Part shown: piece by piece, positions 37,468-51,000 of the stretch
How positions within the stretch are numbered: position 1 is the stretch's first letter
How the letters are laid out: each line of letters starts with the position of its first letter
Origin: Felis catus
Taxonomy: Eukaryota
Assembly (NCBI RefSeq): GCF_018350175.1
Contig: NC_058368.1
Span: 124,126,001-124,190,000, forward strand
Reading direction: 5' to 3'
DNA: 64,000 nt
Program-made: the position numbers and the translations under genes
Notes under the pieces: model-generated
What the model saw: the letters and a program-made list of their open reading frames with translations, nothing else
Told to the model about the DNA's origin: nothing
Database searches by the model: none

Positions 37468-37573
37468 GTTTTTTTTTTTTTTTTAGTTATGTCTTCTCTC
37501 AGCATAGGGCTTGCTTGAACCTATAACCCCAAGATCAAGAGTCACATGCTTTTCCGAGCAAGCCAGGAATCCC
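37468..37573 (-). mobile_element. Short old tRNA-derived SINE in the IL6ST 3'UTR
   Basis: CCCCAAGATCAAGAGTCACATGCT...AGCCAGG plus poly(T). Confidence 0.7.
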
Positions 37574-40500
37574 GACCATGACCAATTTTAGGTTAAACAT
37601 AAATAGCTTGCCATTTTATGGCTCCATATTCTCATTTTATAGAAAAGTGCAATAATTTTTTTAAAGCAATCTTGGGCAGCAGAATTGAACACGACCTGCA
37701 ACAGAAAGCTATCCCAGTAATTTTTAACAACTGAACTTTAAAATTTTTATGTAGCTTATTATATTGACATTTTACCCATTTCAACAAAACAACAGAAGTG
37801 TATGGTTTAAAAATTTGTTCTTAAACCAAACATAGGAGAATGATGTGGAATATAACAGAACAGAGGAAGAGCTCCTCCACTTGATTTATGCTTGGTCAAT
37901 ATGTGCCAGTTAAAAGAAATATTTTAGGGAATTGTACAACAGGATTATTCTACTTCTACATTGGTCATGATTTTAATTAGTTAACTATGTGGATAGAAAC
38001 TAACCATTTTTAAAAATTTGATTTCTACTTACAAAGCTATTTTAGTTCTACTTTAAGGATGAGCTTTCATAAATTAATGTTTTACAAGTATATTTCTACT
38101 TCATTAACCTTTAACTTCACAGTAAGCTAGGAAGACCAGGTAACTTCATGTGTAAAGTTGCAATTAAATGAACAGCTAGGTAGATGTGAACACAGAATAT
38201 ATGAATGCTTTTGCTTTTTACCCTGCTTCTACTTACACAGTATGTTCTTGAGTGCCGTGACTGATCAGTGCTGGCTTGAAGTAGGGTACCAACATACCAG
38301 TAACTAATAGTCAAATTATAACAATACATGTGGCATATATGCTTATTTTTTAATCCTGTATGAGTGCATCAGAAGCAGTGTATTAGTTTTGTCTACAGAG
38401 AGGCTTTTTTTCTGATGTGCCAGTGTTACTTTAAAGGAAATTTTGGGATACTAAACATCTGAGTAACCCATCCACTGCTTATATATAGACTAATTTTCAC
38501 ATAAACCAGATCCACTTCTCTGCTTAAAATACAATTTACATGCCTCAAAAAAAATTATCCTAAGACATGGCTCAGGAAGGTAATTTTGTACTTGAAACAA
38601 GTTTCATGAATGCTTGTCTTTATCTGGGCAAAAGATGTACATCACATACTGGTAATCCAATCTACATTTTCTGATTGGATTATCTGTATAGTAACAATCT
38701 AGTATGTGTAAAGTGCTCTTGCAGCTGGCGGGCATTCACTCAGGGTACCATTTTCTATACAAGTTTTCCACCAATAGGGTTGCTTATATAATGTTCTTTC
38801 TTAAATGACTTCATTCTCCTCCCCCTTAGATTAGGAGTCTGCATATTCTAAGTGCTCCCCATGTACAAACTTCACACTCGAATTCTTTGTAACACTGCTG
38901 TTTATCATGAGGAAAGTTATAGCTGAACATGATGACAATAACATGACTACTTACTTGGAGGAAATGAAAAATATAACTGATAAAAACTTCTTGACAGATT
39001 CTTAGCAAGATAAATCTAATCCTGATTTGGATCAGGCTTTGACCAACTTAAATGGTGGCGGTGACATTATCTTATAGTGTGACTTCTCTGTAGATTTCTC
39101 TGTGCCCAGTCTTCCTCATCTACTTCTCATCCTGTCTTTCTACCAATCTCATGTTGCACCTGCCCTGTATCACAAAGACCCTGTGTATGAAAGAACTCTG
39201 AAACACATCAAGCAAGAATACAAAGTATAAAATGTTAACAGGAAGTCTAATATGTACAGAATCATATATAATGAGCAGAATTAGATTTCAACTGTAAATG
39301 TAGAGCAACTTCTTTTAGCCTTTTATTCTTGAATAACCTCTATAAACCATTTTAAGTGGGCCTGGTTTTTGTGACTTAAATATGACAAAAAACTGTAACA
39401 TACTTTCTGCAAAACTACTTGATAACACTAGTCAACTACTAATGACGTATCAAAAATTTTCACTTAGCCCCTGTCTTTAGCCCTTGCCTCCTATCAAATG
39501 TGGTGGGTAGGGTAGGGCATAAATGTGAAAGTGTGGTTAGTGCTAAACTCTGGAGCCCTGGCTCACTTCTCTCTGGGAAGAAGAGAACTTGTGGGAAGAG
39601 GTTTAAAGTCTCTTTAAATCACAATGTGGAACTAAGTTCCACCTACCTCAGACCTAGCAGGTGTTAAAATACTATCTCATCATTAAGTGCCTCCACAACA
39701 GGGTGTTCCCTGTGATATTAACTAACATCAATATGTACATTTTTGGATAGGGTTTTATTTTGGTAAGTAGTGCCCATGTGTTCTCAGTTTGCTTCGAACA
39801 TCTAGAAAAAAAAAACCTTCCAATCTTGGCCTACTTAAAGCATATTAAAACACATTTTAAGTTGAAGATATATTGTATAAAGTGCTTCATCAACCAAATT
39901 CTCTAAAGTTTTAACAAAAAGGGTCAATGTTTATATATACAGAAAAATGGCGAGTCTATAAATGGCAAAGAATTTTTAAAATGGTTAAGCTACTTTGGCA
40001 TTCATTGCTAGTTTAACTGGGCACTCTTAACTGCTGAATTTGTGAAATGGATCTTCAAACAGATTGTGAATAACAACATAAAGCAAATTTTTGAAAATTT
40101 AGTTACTTATATAAATGTTCAAAAATATATTTTTTAATCTGCAAAATTAAAACTCTAGAATTCCATTTATCTAGTAGCTGGCATCATTACACCAACAGAA
40201 GAGAATGTCTAATATTTCATGTTGGCAAGATTGTAATTCAACCGCTTTTTTTGCTTTTGGTCAGACAACAAAAACTGGGTTCATACAGTTATGCTACCTA
40301 ATACTCTCCTTAGGCTGTCAGCTAAAGTAGAGGGTCTAGACCTTGCTCATCTAATTTTTTATCTTAAGTCCATCTCAGCCACTTTATTTGGTGACTATTC
40401 TCATTAAAATCAGTAGAGCTGTGCTAAATACATCACTGCTTATTATTTAAAGACCATCTGTTGTCTAGCTACAGAAAATTTTACTTTATAAATTTCAGAC

Positions 40501-40767
40501 AAGCTTTCTGTTTTTCTTCAGTGCAAACATCCTGAAACAGCACAAAATCATTCAGCTATTCAGAGGATGAAGTCCGTTTATGTAGTGCTTGAAAGTAGAA
40601 TCCCAGATATTCTGGAAGGGAAACAGCCCATGTGGGAGGACAGTTTACTGTTGTCCTTAAGGGCAAATGATCATCTTCAGTGAGCGAAGATTATTTTTCT
40701 CTGAAATAACAGTTAAAGTTAGCTTTAGTTTACAGGTACTGGTGAAGTTTTAACAGGAACCAGTCTT

Positions 40768-41505
40768 TCACTGAGGCATGTAGCCACCTCGTCTGACAGT
40801 TTGTGGTAAGTAGCTTTTAGACATTCCTTCATCAACTGCAGCCTCCATCCCAACTGTTTCAAATCTCTCTACCTGTCCCTCAGTATGTAGACCAAAAGCA
40901 TCTGCTACAGAAATTTCTTGAAACATTTTCATTTGCCCAGATCCACAGGACTGTGAAATATCTGAAATCTGCTGTTTGAGTCTAACAAAATCTTCTTCAT
41001 TGACTGACGAAACTTGCTTTGACCTTTCAAAATGTGAAATATCTGGACTGGTTTCACGTTGACTGCAGTTTTGTTTGAAATACTGTTGCCTGGGCAAATT
41101 GCCAACACTGCTATCTGTGTTATCTACCAGCTGTAGATCTTCTGGCCGCTCTTCAGAATCTAACAAGGGCTGGGTGGACTCGGATCTTGAGAAGACTTGG
41201 ACCGATGGAACCTGGTGTCTGTAGCCACTGTGCACCACTGTGGAATACTGGACGGTGCCTGAAGTGTTCTGGGCAGACTCATTTTCATCACTGCTAGAAA
41301 TGCTTGGCCTAGAGGAGGACATGCACGATGAACCTCCAATACCACTGCTGTGTCCTTCAGTACTGATTTTTTCCTTCTTGAATAAGTCCAGTGATTTCAG
41401 ATCTTCAGGAAAAGGCTTTTTGTCATTTGCTGCTTCTATCTCCACGACACTTACATCAGTGAAATTGCCATCTGAGTAAATCTGATCTTTTGAATTAAAA
41501 TTATG
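40768..41505 (-). CDS. IL6ST: IL6ST exon 17, coding part (cytoplasmic tail)
   Basis: HNFNSKDQIYSDGNFTDVSVVEIE...QYSTVVHSGYRHQ...STQPLL...YFKQ...YLPQTVRRGGYMPQ*. Confidence 0.97.
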   Translation of the reverse strand, partial: HNFNSKDQIYSDGNFTDVSVVEIEAANDKKPFPEDLKSLDLFKKEKISTEGHSSGIGGSSCMSSSRPSISSSDENESAQNTSGTVQYSTVVHSGYRHQVPSVQVFSRSESTQPLLDSEERPEDLQLVDNTDSSVGNLPRQQYFKQNCSQRETSPDISHFERSKQVSSVNEEDFVRLKQQISDISQSCGSGQMKMFQEISVADAFGLHTEGQVERFETVGMEAAVDEGMSKSYLPQTVRRGGYMPQ

Positions 41506-44500
41506 CTAAGAAAGAAAGAAAAAAATTTATTATTACCTATGGCATAGGTTCATTTAGAAACTATGAAATATATATGGCAAATTCTAGTTAAAGCCACAGA
41601 GAAATGCATCTCTGAAACTTCTCAGTAATTTGGTGCGGACATAATCTGTATCACTAAGCACTGTCAACTAGCTCAACTACAGATACTGTGAAATGATTCT
41701 AAGAAGTATGAATCAGAGTGGACTTCCTCAGAATTCCCAATCAACTGTTAAATTTTGATAAGCTACTGGTGTATATACAGTATTTCATTACTAGACTACA
41801 GAGTTGAGGATTGACTAAAAAGTAGAAAACATGAAAAGTTCAAAGAATTTAGTCTAGGTTTCTAGAAATCACTGCAATAGTATGAAACTGGTAGACTGTT
41901 AAATTTGATTTTAATATCCAATACAAAATGCTTGCCTTACAACATTTACCATATAGGAGTATTTACATATTAAGTTTTCAATTTGCAAGTTCAATGAAGT
42001 ATTTTTCATGTTTACTGAATAGCATAAGGAATATAAGAATATGCTACGATAATATTTTATCATTTACTTTTCAATTTGGTCTTATCATTTGGTTCAACTC
42101 TATAAAAATACCCTGAAATGTCCATGTATAAACAAGTCAGAAACACTTTATCTTACCCTAGGAGGTGTATGAGGTGACCACTGGGCAATATGACTCTTTG
42201 AAGGATCTGGAACATTAGGCCAGATATGTTTTTTAATTCTGGAGAGAAAAAGAAATAAAGTATCTGTGGAACCACATGTAATAAATAATGAACAGTCCCT
42301 AATTCCAAACATGAGCTTAATCTAGTCATAATGAAAAACTACTAATAAGGCTAGTAATCAGCATTCAATTTAAAAAACTGAAATAAAATTCTACAATAGA
42401 AACCAATCAAAAAGTGGAATAAAGTCACAAAACCTTAAAGTACACCCCCCTCCCAACAACAAAAGAAGCAAATACGTTCAATTTCCAACTAAAACCACTT
42501 AACACATTTTCACATAGCCACCAGGTAAAATATGATAAATTTGATTTTTTCACAAGAATATTTACCTCAGTATAGTTCCTAGTCCAAAGTTAGAGGTCCC
42601 TAAGTGTGTATAAGTATACAGGAAGTGAGTCATCTTGAGAGTAAGTTCAAATACAAAAACAAAACGGAGTAATAAGATCCTAACAGACTGACTGTCCTGT
42701 GCAAACAACTATAAAATCTACGTGTAATGTAAAAAATAATGAAGTTAACAACCTAAACAAAAGACCAACTAATGGATGAATTCCATGAGAGAGACTTAAA
42801 AAAATTTCAGTTGTTTTACATAAAGAAATTGAGTTAAAATTTTTTTAATGTTTATTTTTGAGAGAGAGAGAGAGCAGGGTAGGGGCAGAGAGAGGGAGCC
42901 ACAGAATCTGAAACCAGTCTCCAGGCTCTCAGCTATCAGCACAGAGCCCGATGAGGGAGGGGCTTGAACCCACGAGCCTTTAGATCACGACCTAAGCCAA
43001 AGTCAGAAGCTTAACTGACTAAGCCACCCAGGCACCGCAAGAAACTGAATTTTTAAATTAACATTCTTCCCACAAAGAAAATCTCAGGCTCAAACTGGCT
43101 TTGTGAATTCTAGCAAACACTTCAACAGAAATACTATGAATACTATATAAACTCTCCTAGAAAATAGAGAAGGTAAGGTGTCCCCATTAATTTGAGGAGA
43201 CCGTTCATTTTATGAGGTAATCAATATCCCCTTGATTTCAAAAGTAAATGAACACACCACCAAAAAGAACCAATATCACTCATGAAGCATAAATGCAAAA
43301 ATTAACATACTGAATCCAGACAGTCTAAGAAATGCAAGGACAGTTTAACATGTGGAAAAAAACCAATGAATAAAATTCACCATATACATGTAGGAAAGAG
43401 AAAAATTGTATGATCATCTCAACAGATGACAAAAAAGCATCTGACAAAATTGACCCAATCATGACAAAAACTCTCAGGAAAAAAATATAAGAGAACTTCC
43501 TCAACTTAAAATCAACATCACATGCAATGGTCAGAGACTGAATGCTTTTTCCCTTAAAATTGGGAATAATGCAAAGTTACTACTTAACCAGTATAGTAAG
43601 AAAAATAACTGAAAGGATAAACATCAGAATAACCATCTTTACTAAGCAGTATGACTATGTATGTGGAAAATGTTTAGGGACCCAAAAAGGTACTAGAGTA
43701 AATGAACTTACCAAGGTCTTAGTATACAAGGTCATTATATTAAAACAAAATTAATTGCATTTCTATTTCTAGCAATGAACAATTAGAAAATAAAAATTTC
43801 TAAAAATGCCATTTACAGTTGTATAAAAAACATTTACAATAAATTTAACATAGTACAAGGCCTACCCACTGAAAACCATATAACAGTGCAAAAGAAAAAG
43901 AAAACCTAGACAAAGAGAAATTAACAAGGGTGACTGGGTGGCTCAGCTGGTTAAGCATCATCTGACTTTTGATTTCAGCTCAGGTCATGATCTCGGAGTT
44001 GTGAGTTTGAGCCCTACACAGGGCTCCATGCTGACAGGATGGAGCCTGCTTAAGATTCTCTCTCTCCCTCTTTCGGCCCCTTCCCCCCTCAAAATAAATA
44101 AATAAACTTAAAAACAAAAGAGATTAACATGTTCATGGACTGACCCATGTGACATAAATGTTGTGAACTCATGTTCAGATTGTATTTTTTGCCCTAATTT
44201 TATTGAGTCGATAAAATCTCAATTAGCACCGTACTCAGTTTTTTAAAAAAGACTTTCCTTTTCATATAAATAATATCAGCTTACCAAATAACCTAGTCAA
44301 AATAATTTTGAAAAACAACTTATTAAAAGAATTCTAACTGCTCTCAAAACTTACAGAGCTATAAAAATCAAGACTGTGTGGTACTGGCACGAATAGACAT
44401 ATAGAACAGAACTGAGAGTCCACAAATAAATCCAGACTTACATGGACAATTGATTTTGACAAAGATATCTAGGCAATACAATGGGAAAAAAAGTATTTTC

Positions 44501-47500
44501 AGTAAATAATGCTCGAACAACTAGTTATCTATGGAAAAAAAAATTCCCTGACCTCACACCATGCACAAAAATTAATTCTGAATAGATCATAGACATAGAG
44601 CTAAAATGATTAAGTTACAGAGGAAAATAAAGGAGAACACAATTGTGACAATGACTTAGGCAAGAATCACAAACTGATAACATGCACCTCATCAAAATTA
44701 AAAACGTGCATTTTGTAAAGTCACAGTGAAGAAAACGAGAAGCCAAAGCCACAAGACCAGACTTTCCACAACATATTTGACAAAAATTTTGTCACTAGAA
44801 TATATAAAGAACTCTTACAGCTCAATATTACAGCAAACAACTCAATTTAAAAATGGGCAAAGGATTTCAGAACATCTATCACAAAAGAATATAGATAAAT
44901 GGCACATGGAAGGATCCATTACTATTTACTAGGGAAATAGAAATAAAAAACACAGTGAGATAAAATTACACACTGATAACAAGGGGCTAAAATAAAAACC
45001 CTGACAGTGCCAAGTAACAGTGCCATGTAGCAACTGGAACTCTCACGGTGCTGGGGAGAATACATGATGGTACACCTGCTTTGAAAAACAGTTTCTTATG
45101 AAGTTATATATGTGCTTCCTATGTTACCCAGCAATACCAATACTAGGTATGTACTTACACAAGATAAATGATAACATATACCTACACAAAGATCTGTAGA
45201 TGAATGTTCATGGCAACATTATTCATAATAGCCCCAAATTAAAGACACAACCTGAATTTCCGTAACAGATGAACAAATTTTGATGTATCTACACTGCAGA
45301 CTACTATTCAATAGATAGAAAAATATTAGTATATGCAACATGGATGAGTCTCAAAAACATGCTAAATGAAAGACATCCTATAAAAAGACTACATATTATC
45401 TATTTATATGAAATCTCAGAAAAGGCAAAACTACAGTCACAGAAAGCATATCAGTGATTACCTTGGGGCCTGGGGTTGAGGGAGAGGAGAGACGATAAAA
45501 TAGAATGAGGAAACTTTTTAGGGTAATAGAAATAGTATCTAACTTGATTGTGGTGGTAGTTATATATCCGTATGCAGCTATTAAAATTCATCAAACCATA
45601 CACTTAAAATGAATGAATTTCACTGCATGTAAATTATAGCTCAATAAACCTGGAGGGAAGAACTGCAAAAACACAAATAGGGGTACTTACAGGTCTCGCT
45701 TATTAAAGCAGAACAATACTCCCAAAAGGGTTGTCAATAGAAATGCTAGGCAAACAGGAACAACTATGGCTTCAATTTCTCCTTGAGCTAAAAATCAGGG
45801 GTAAGAAGTAAAATAAATGTCAACTTATGTGCTAAGAGAAATAATGAAACTTCCCAACCAAATGGCTGTTGAAAAGATGAAATACCATCCCGTTTTTATA
45901 GCCTTTTCAAACTTAAAGATTGTCTTCTGCCACCCCTGCGCCCCTTGGTAAATCATATCCTAGCTGCTTATACCTGACACAGTAACCTGGCCACAGAGAA
46001 AGCATAAACTCTATGTTGGTTAGGGGAATAAAATGACTAGTTCAGTTTTCTGGACAGATAATCTATCCAATGAGTTAGAAATTTCAAACCTAACCATTTA
46101 TTACATTTATGATCTGCACCCAGCAGAATCTTAACAAATGCTTATCTTTGCAATCTGTGAGTGCTGGGCACAAGTGGAAATATGGAATCCTGTATAAGGA
46201 ATAAAAAAAAAAGGTTCAAGCAAAATTTTTAATAGATTTTCAAAAAGATAGCATATCTGGTATACGCTAAGAATTTGTAAGAATCTTAAGTACAAGGAGT
46301 GGCAGAAATAGGAATATTATCACCTAAAATCAACAAGCCTAAGATTTCTAGATAATTCCCAACCTGCATTTAAAAGAGGGCTTACTTGAGCAAATGAATC
46401 ACTAATTGGACAGTTTATATTGGAAATATGTTTTAATGATTTACCTTATGGCTGTCTCTACTTAACTCCTCCAGCCTCCTTATAAGTAGAAGTAGTCTTT
46501 TATGGGAAAAATTTATAAAAGTAATACTGCAGTCATATACTATTTACTCAGTCTAATCTTTGCACCACATATATCCCTTTACAAGTAACTTTATATTCTA
46601 TAAAGCCTAATAGAAATTAGTAAATCAGATCAATGCTTGGAAATAAATTGGAGGCTGGCAAATATTCACTATTGAACACTGAGGTTTTCATATAGGTGCC
46701 AAATCAAATTCAGGCAGACCCTGTTATTATTGTTGCCAAACTTACTATGTTTTCAAGTCTTGGGCCTTTGCTTATCTGTCCTAAGATGCCTTCTTCTTCC
46801 TTTTTATCCACATCCTAACTTTTGGGGACTCAAGTACTGACTCCTTTATATAATCTATGAAGATGAAATTCCCCCCTATAAATTATCTTTAAATTCCTAC
46901 TCTATTTACTGTCTACATGGCCCAAATGCCTTTCCATTTAATTACGTATGTTGTATTTCTTCAAATTACGTCCTTTGGGAGCAAGGCCCATGCCATATGA
47001 AGAAGCCATAATATGTCCATAAAACAATAAACAGATCAGTGAAAAAAGCAGATAATTAAGTAATCCTAACAAGTATGATCTAGTTTGGGGGGAAAAATGT
47101 ATGTATAGAAAATAATAGAAGGATATACAAATATGTTAAGAGATTATTCTGGATGAGGGATTAGGAGTGGTTTTTCTTCTGCTCTGTACTGTATAGTCTA
47201 AAGGCCTATATAGTACACAATCTACTCTTATAATGAATATCACTTTCATTAGTTGAATATTTTAAAGGTTTATTTTTTTCTAGAGATCAATTTCAAGTAT
47301 TACTTGTTAGATATTTATTTTACTAACATGTCACCACAAAATCTTATTCGAAAAACTATATTCATTTTTGGCAATCACAGCAAAGTTCAGGATCTTTTAT
47401 TATCTATTTTAGGTAGTCACTCATTCATTTTCTCATTCACCCATCATTCAATAACAAGGAATATAGCTTACTATTTAGCATTCACTATGTTGGTACCTGG

Positions 47501-48038
47501 GGGTGGGGGTTACAAATAAATGATAAAATAAGGTAATTTCTATTATGATTCAAAATGTAGGAAGAACAAGAAAGAATGCAGCTTAAGAATGCTTTAGGGA
47601 GGTTAGAGGAACTAGAAAAAGTGAGGACTTAATGTAGGGCTACACACTGGGAAAAGATGGAGAAAATAATGAGAAGCATATGACCAAAGAAAGATTACAA
47701 AAGGGCATGCAAAAGCAGTAATTAGAAGGCATGATCAATAGGATTTTACACTTGGCTCATGTAAGCAAAAAAGACTCATGAAAACAAAAAATTTATCACA
47801 TCCTTATCTAAATTTGTGGGTTTGGCAAAGAGTTGGATGGCTGTGGCAGGGAACAAAGAGAAATGTATTTGGGAAAGAGGATGACTGAAGTCACGGACAG
47901 AGAGTTTAAATAGGCAGACAAAATACAGGGCTGAGAAGAGTGATATGGAAAATACAAACCATTTTTTAAAAAAGTGAAAAAAGAAAAAGAGATCAAGAAG
48001 GAAGTATGAGAAAGGGAGAAGACTCAGGAGAGTGTTGT

Positions 48039-48079
<41 letters not shown>

Positions 48080-51000
48080 AGAAGAACCAATGGAAGAGGC
48101 AGTTTCAAGGATGGAGAAGCTGAGTGAAATGCTGAGAAGTATAAAAATAAGGAGACTAAAAAGCATGTACTGGATATGATAACTAAAAGGCCTTCCCTGA
48201 GTGACATTAGGGAGGTTTCAGTGGATTGGTGGGTTGGAAGCCTGATTTCAGTGGGTTAAAGACTAAGCTGGAGGAAGGGAAGTGGAGCTCGAGAAGGTGA
48301 ACTAGTCTTTCCAATAACCTGCCTACAAAAGAAGGAGTAAGACAAGAAGGTAAGAGACCACATTTGACTTTTGCCAGTGAAAAGATGAACCCATTTAGAA
48401 AGATACACAAATTCTTTTGGCATTTATAGAGTACAGACGAAATCAGTCAGAAGCAGTTAATAACAGAGCTGAGTTTTGATAGTTTAAAGAAACAATCCAA
48501 ATCAGATAAACAATACAATACCAACAATTCATTTCTATGGATCCAAAGATGCACTTTTAACAAAATTTTAGCTTATTAACTAAGTCCATATTTAGTCTGA
48601 TTAAAAAAAAGAAGAAGAAAAGAGCAAATGTCATTACTTCTTACCAAACTTCGGTGTAGTAAAAGTGAATTCTGGGCCATCCTTTCCACCTTCGTCTGTG
48701 TATGCTGCCATTCGTACCATGTACAAGGTGTCACTGGTCAAAGAGGACAGTGTATATTCTGTGTGGGAGGAATCCACATTCACAGCTGGAAGAAATCAAT
48801 AAGTCTGCTTTATTTAACTACTCAATGTTTCTGCTTGATTTGGCTTTTGACACTGTAAAAGTATTAAAAAGGAACATATTTTCCAGAAAATAATTTTCTT
48901 ATCTCTGCCAGAATATTCTTCTATAAGCACAACACAGTATTTTTTTTCCCACAGTATTTTTTTAATAGGCATATTCTCAGGTGTCTCTTTTGAGAATAAT
49001 ATACTACACTTAAGATGTATAACATAAAAAGGTGAGACAACATTTAAAAGCTTAAGAAAAAAAACAATGATTCTTAATAACTGATAGAATTTATTACCAG
49101 TTTCATTTCCAATGATGGTTCTATAAAATATAGTATAATTTCGGATAAATCCGTTCTGAACATCAACAGGAAGTTGGTCCCACTCTAAGACAGCTTCATT
49201 TTTCCCTACTTTTTTCGTCCGAACAGTAGGTCCTTTGGAAGGTGCTAAAACAGAATAAAAGTATTTGATAACTAAAAATTACTATGATTTAGTAAGTCAT
49301 TAGGATTTACTAAAATTTAATTATATTATTTGAACATTATGAGACATACCCTTATTTTAAAAAGAAAAAAATGTCTTTGTTAATACAAAACTCAACATAT
49401 TTCAAAGAAAATGAATTTGGACTTACGAGCTTGTTTAAGGTATGCCTTTATAGACTCAGGGCTTCCTGGTCCATCAGTATATACTGGAGTAACTGTTATC
49501 AAATAACATTTGCTCTCTGCTAGGTTCCCTAAAGAAATAATGGGAGAGTAAGCATTTTTCCCCACATAACAAAAAAGTCTACATTCCATTATTAACTTTA
49601 CATTATAAATTTCATGACTATTGAACTTTCTTTTCTTTTAAAACTACAGCTTTTTAAGCAAGCATTGCCTTTTGTGTACTGGATTCAAGCTTAATTGAAT
49701 AAAGCTTTTCATTAAAGTAAAAGCTTACTTTTATTGCCAATACAGTAGATTAAAAAATATACTGTCAGTAAAAGTACTTATTATATTTATATTCAGGACT
49801 TATAAAACTCTGATCTCAAATTATCATTGGTCTTATAGTTTGACATTGTACATCTTAACTAATTCTCTGAGAACTGCCTAATGACCCATTTATAAGAGCC
49901 AGGGAAAGCATTAATGGCCCTGGTTTGTCAAACCAGGGAAAAAAAGAATTAGTGCCATTTCCCCCAGAAAGTAGTATTATTTTTTTTTATTTACTATATG
50001 AAATTTATTGTCAAACTGGTTTCCATACAACACTCAGTGCTCATCCCAAAAGATGCCCTCTTCGATACCCATCACCTACCCTCCCCTCGCTCCCACCCCC
50101 CATCAACCCTCAGTTTGTTCTCAGTTTTTAAGAGTCTCTTATGCTTTGGCTCTCTCTCCCACTCTAACCTCTTTTTTTTTTTTTCCTTCCCCTCCCCCAT
50201 GGGTTTCTGTTAAGTTTCTCAGGATCCACATAAGAGTGAAAACATATGGTATCTTTTTCTGTATGGCTTATTCCACTTAGCATCACACTCTCCAGTTCCA
50301 TCCACGTTGCTACAAAGGGCCATATTTCATTCTTTCTCATTGCCACATAGTACTCCATTGTGTATATAAATCACAATTTCTTTATCTATTCATCAGTTGA
50401 TGGACATTTAGGCTAAGAAAGTAATATTAAAAAGCCACCTTGAATACCTCTTTTATTTATACTCTCTCCATATTAAATCTTTTTTATACAGCCACTTTAT
50501 CTGCCCACAACAGAAAATAAGGTATTTGTTATACCAAAGTTTATACTTTCAACAAGAACTTTTATTTCCTTAACTTAATTCACAAAGTTATATACGACAG
50601 CTCCTTTGCTTTCTTAAACAGAATAATTTTACTTTTTCTTGATGACTCAATATTATCAAGAAGATAAAGAATTTTTAGACTCTGTTGTAATACAGTGATG
50701 TTATCAGGACTACTGAGCCACTGAATCTACCTCTGCAACCTGAAGGTCTCTAGAGATTATGCGAGGCTTTATTAAAAACATTTCTATTGTCCAGTTACTA
50801 CCAACGTGTCTTCTCTCTAGCTCCACCTTTCTTTTAATTTGATAAGGCTAGTAGACTAGACAACCAAATTTATTAAAACTTTTTTTTTTAAGTTTATTTA
50901 TGTATTTTTGAGAGAGAAAGAAAACAGCGTGAGGTGGGAGGGGCATAGAGAGGGAGAGAAAGAATTCCAAGGAGGCTCTGCATTGTCAGCACAGAGCCCA

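Larger units (their letters stand above)
36590..40767 (-). other. IL6ST: IL6ST long AU-rich 3'UTR (distal end inferred)
   Basis: Repeat-poor AT-rich sequence after the stop; minus-strand AATAAA at 40383-40388, 39754-39759, 39322-39327 and 36611-36616. Confidence 0.65.

Noticed and set aside
41160..41479. Overlapping alternative-frame and antisense ORFs in IL6ST exon 17
   Set aside because: Short, and expected as shadows of a coding exon.
47776..48207. 143-aa hydrophobic ORF on -
   Set aside because: Low-complexity T-rich intron plus a (GT)n microsatellite; no splice or homology support.
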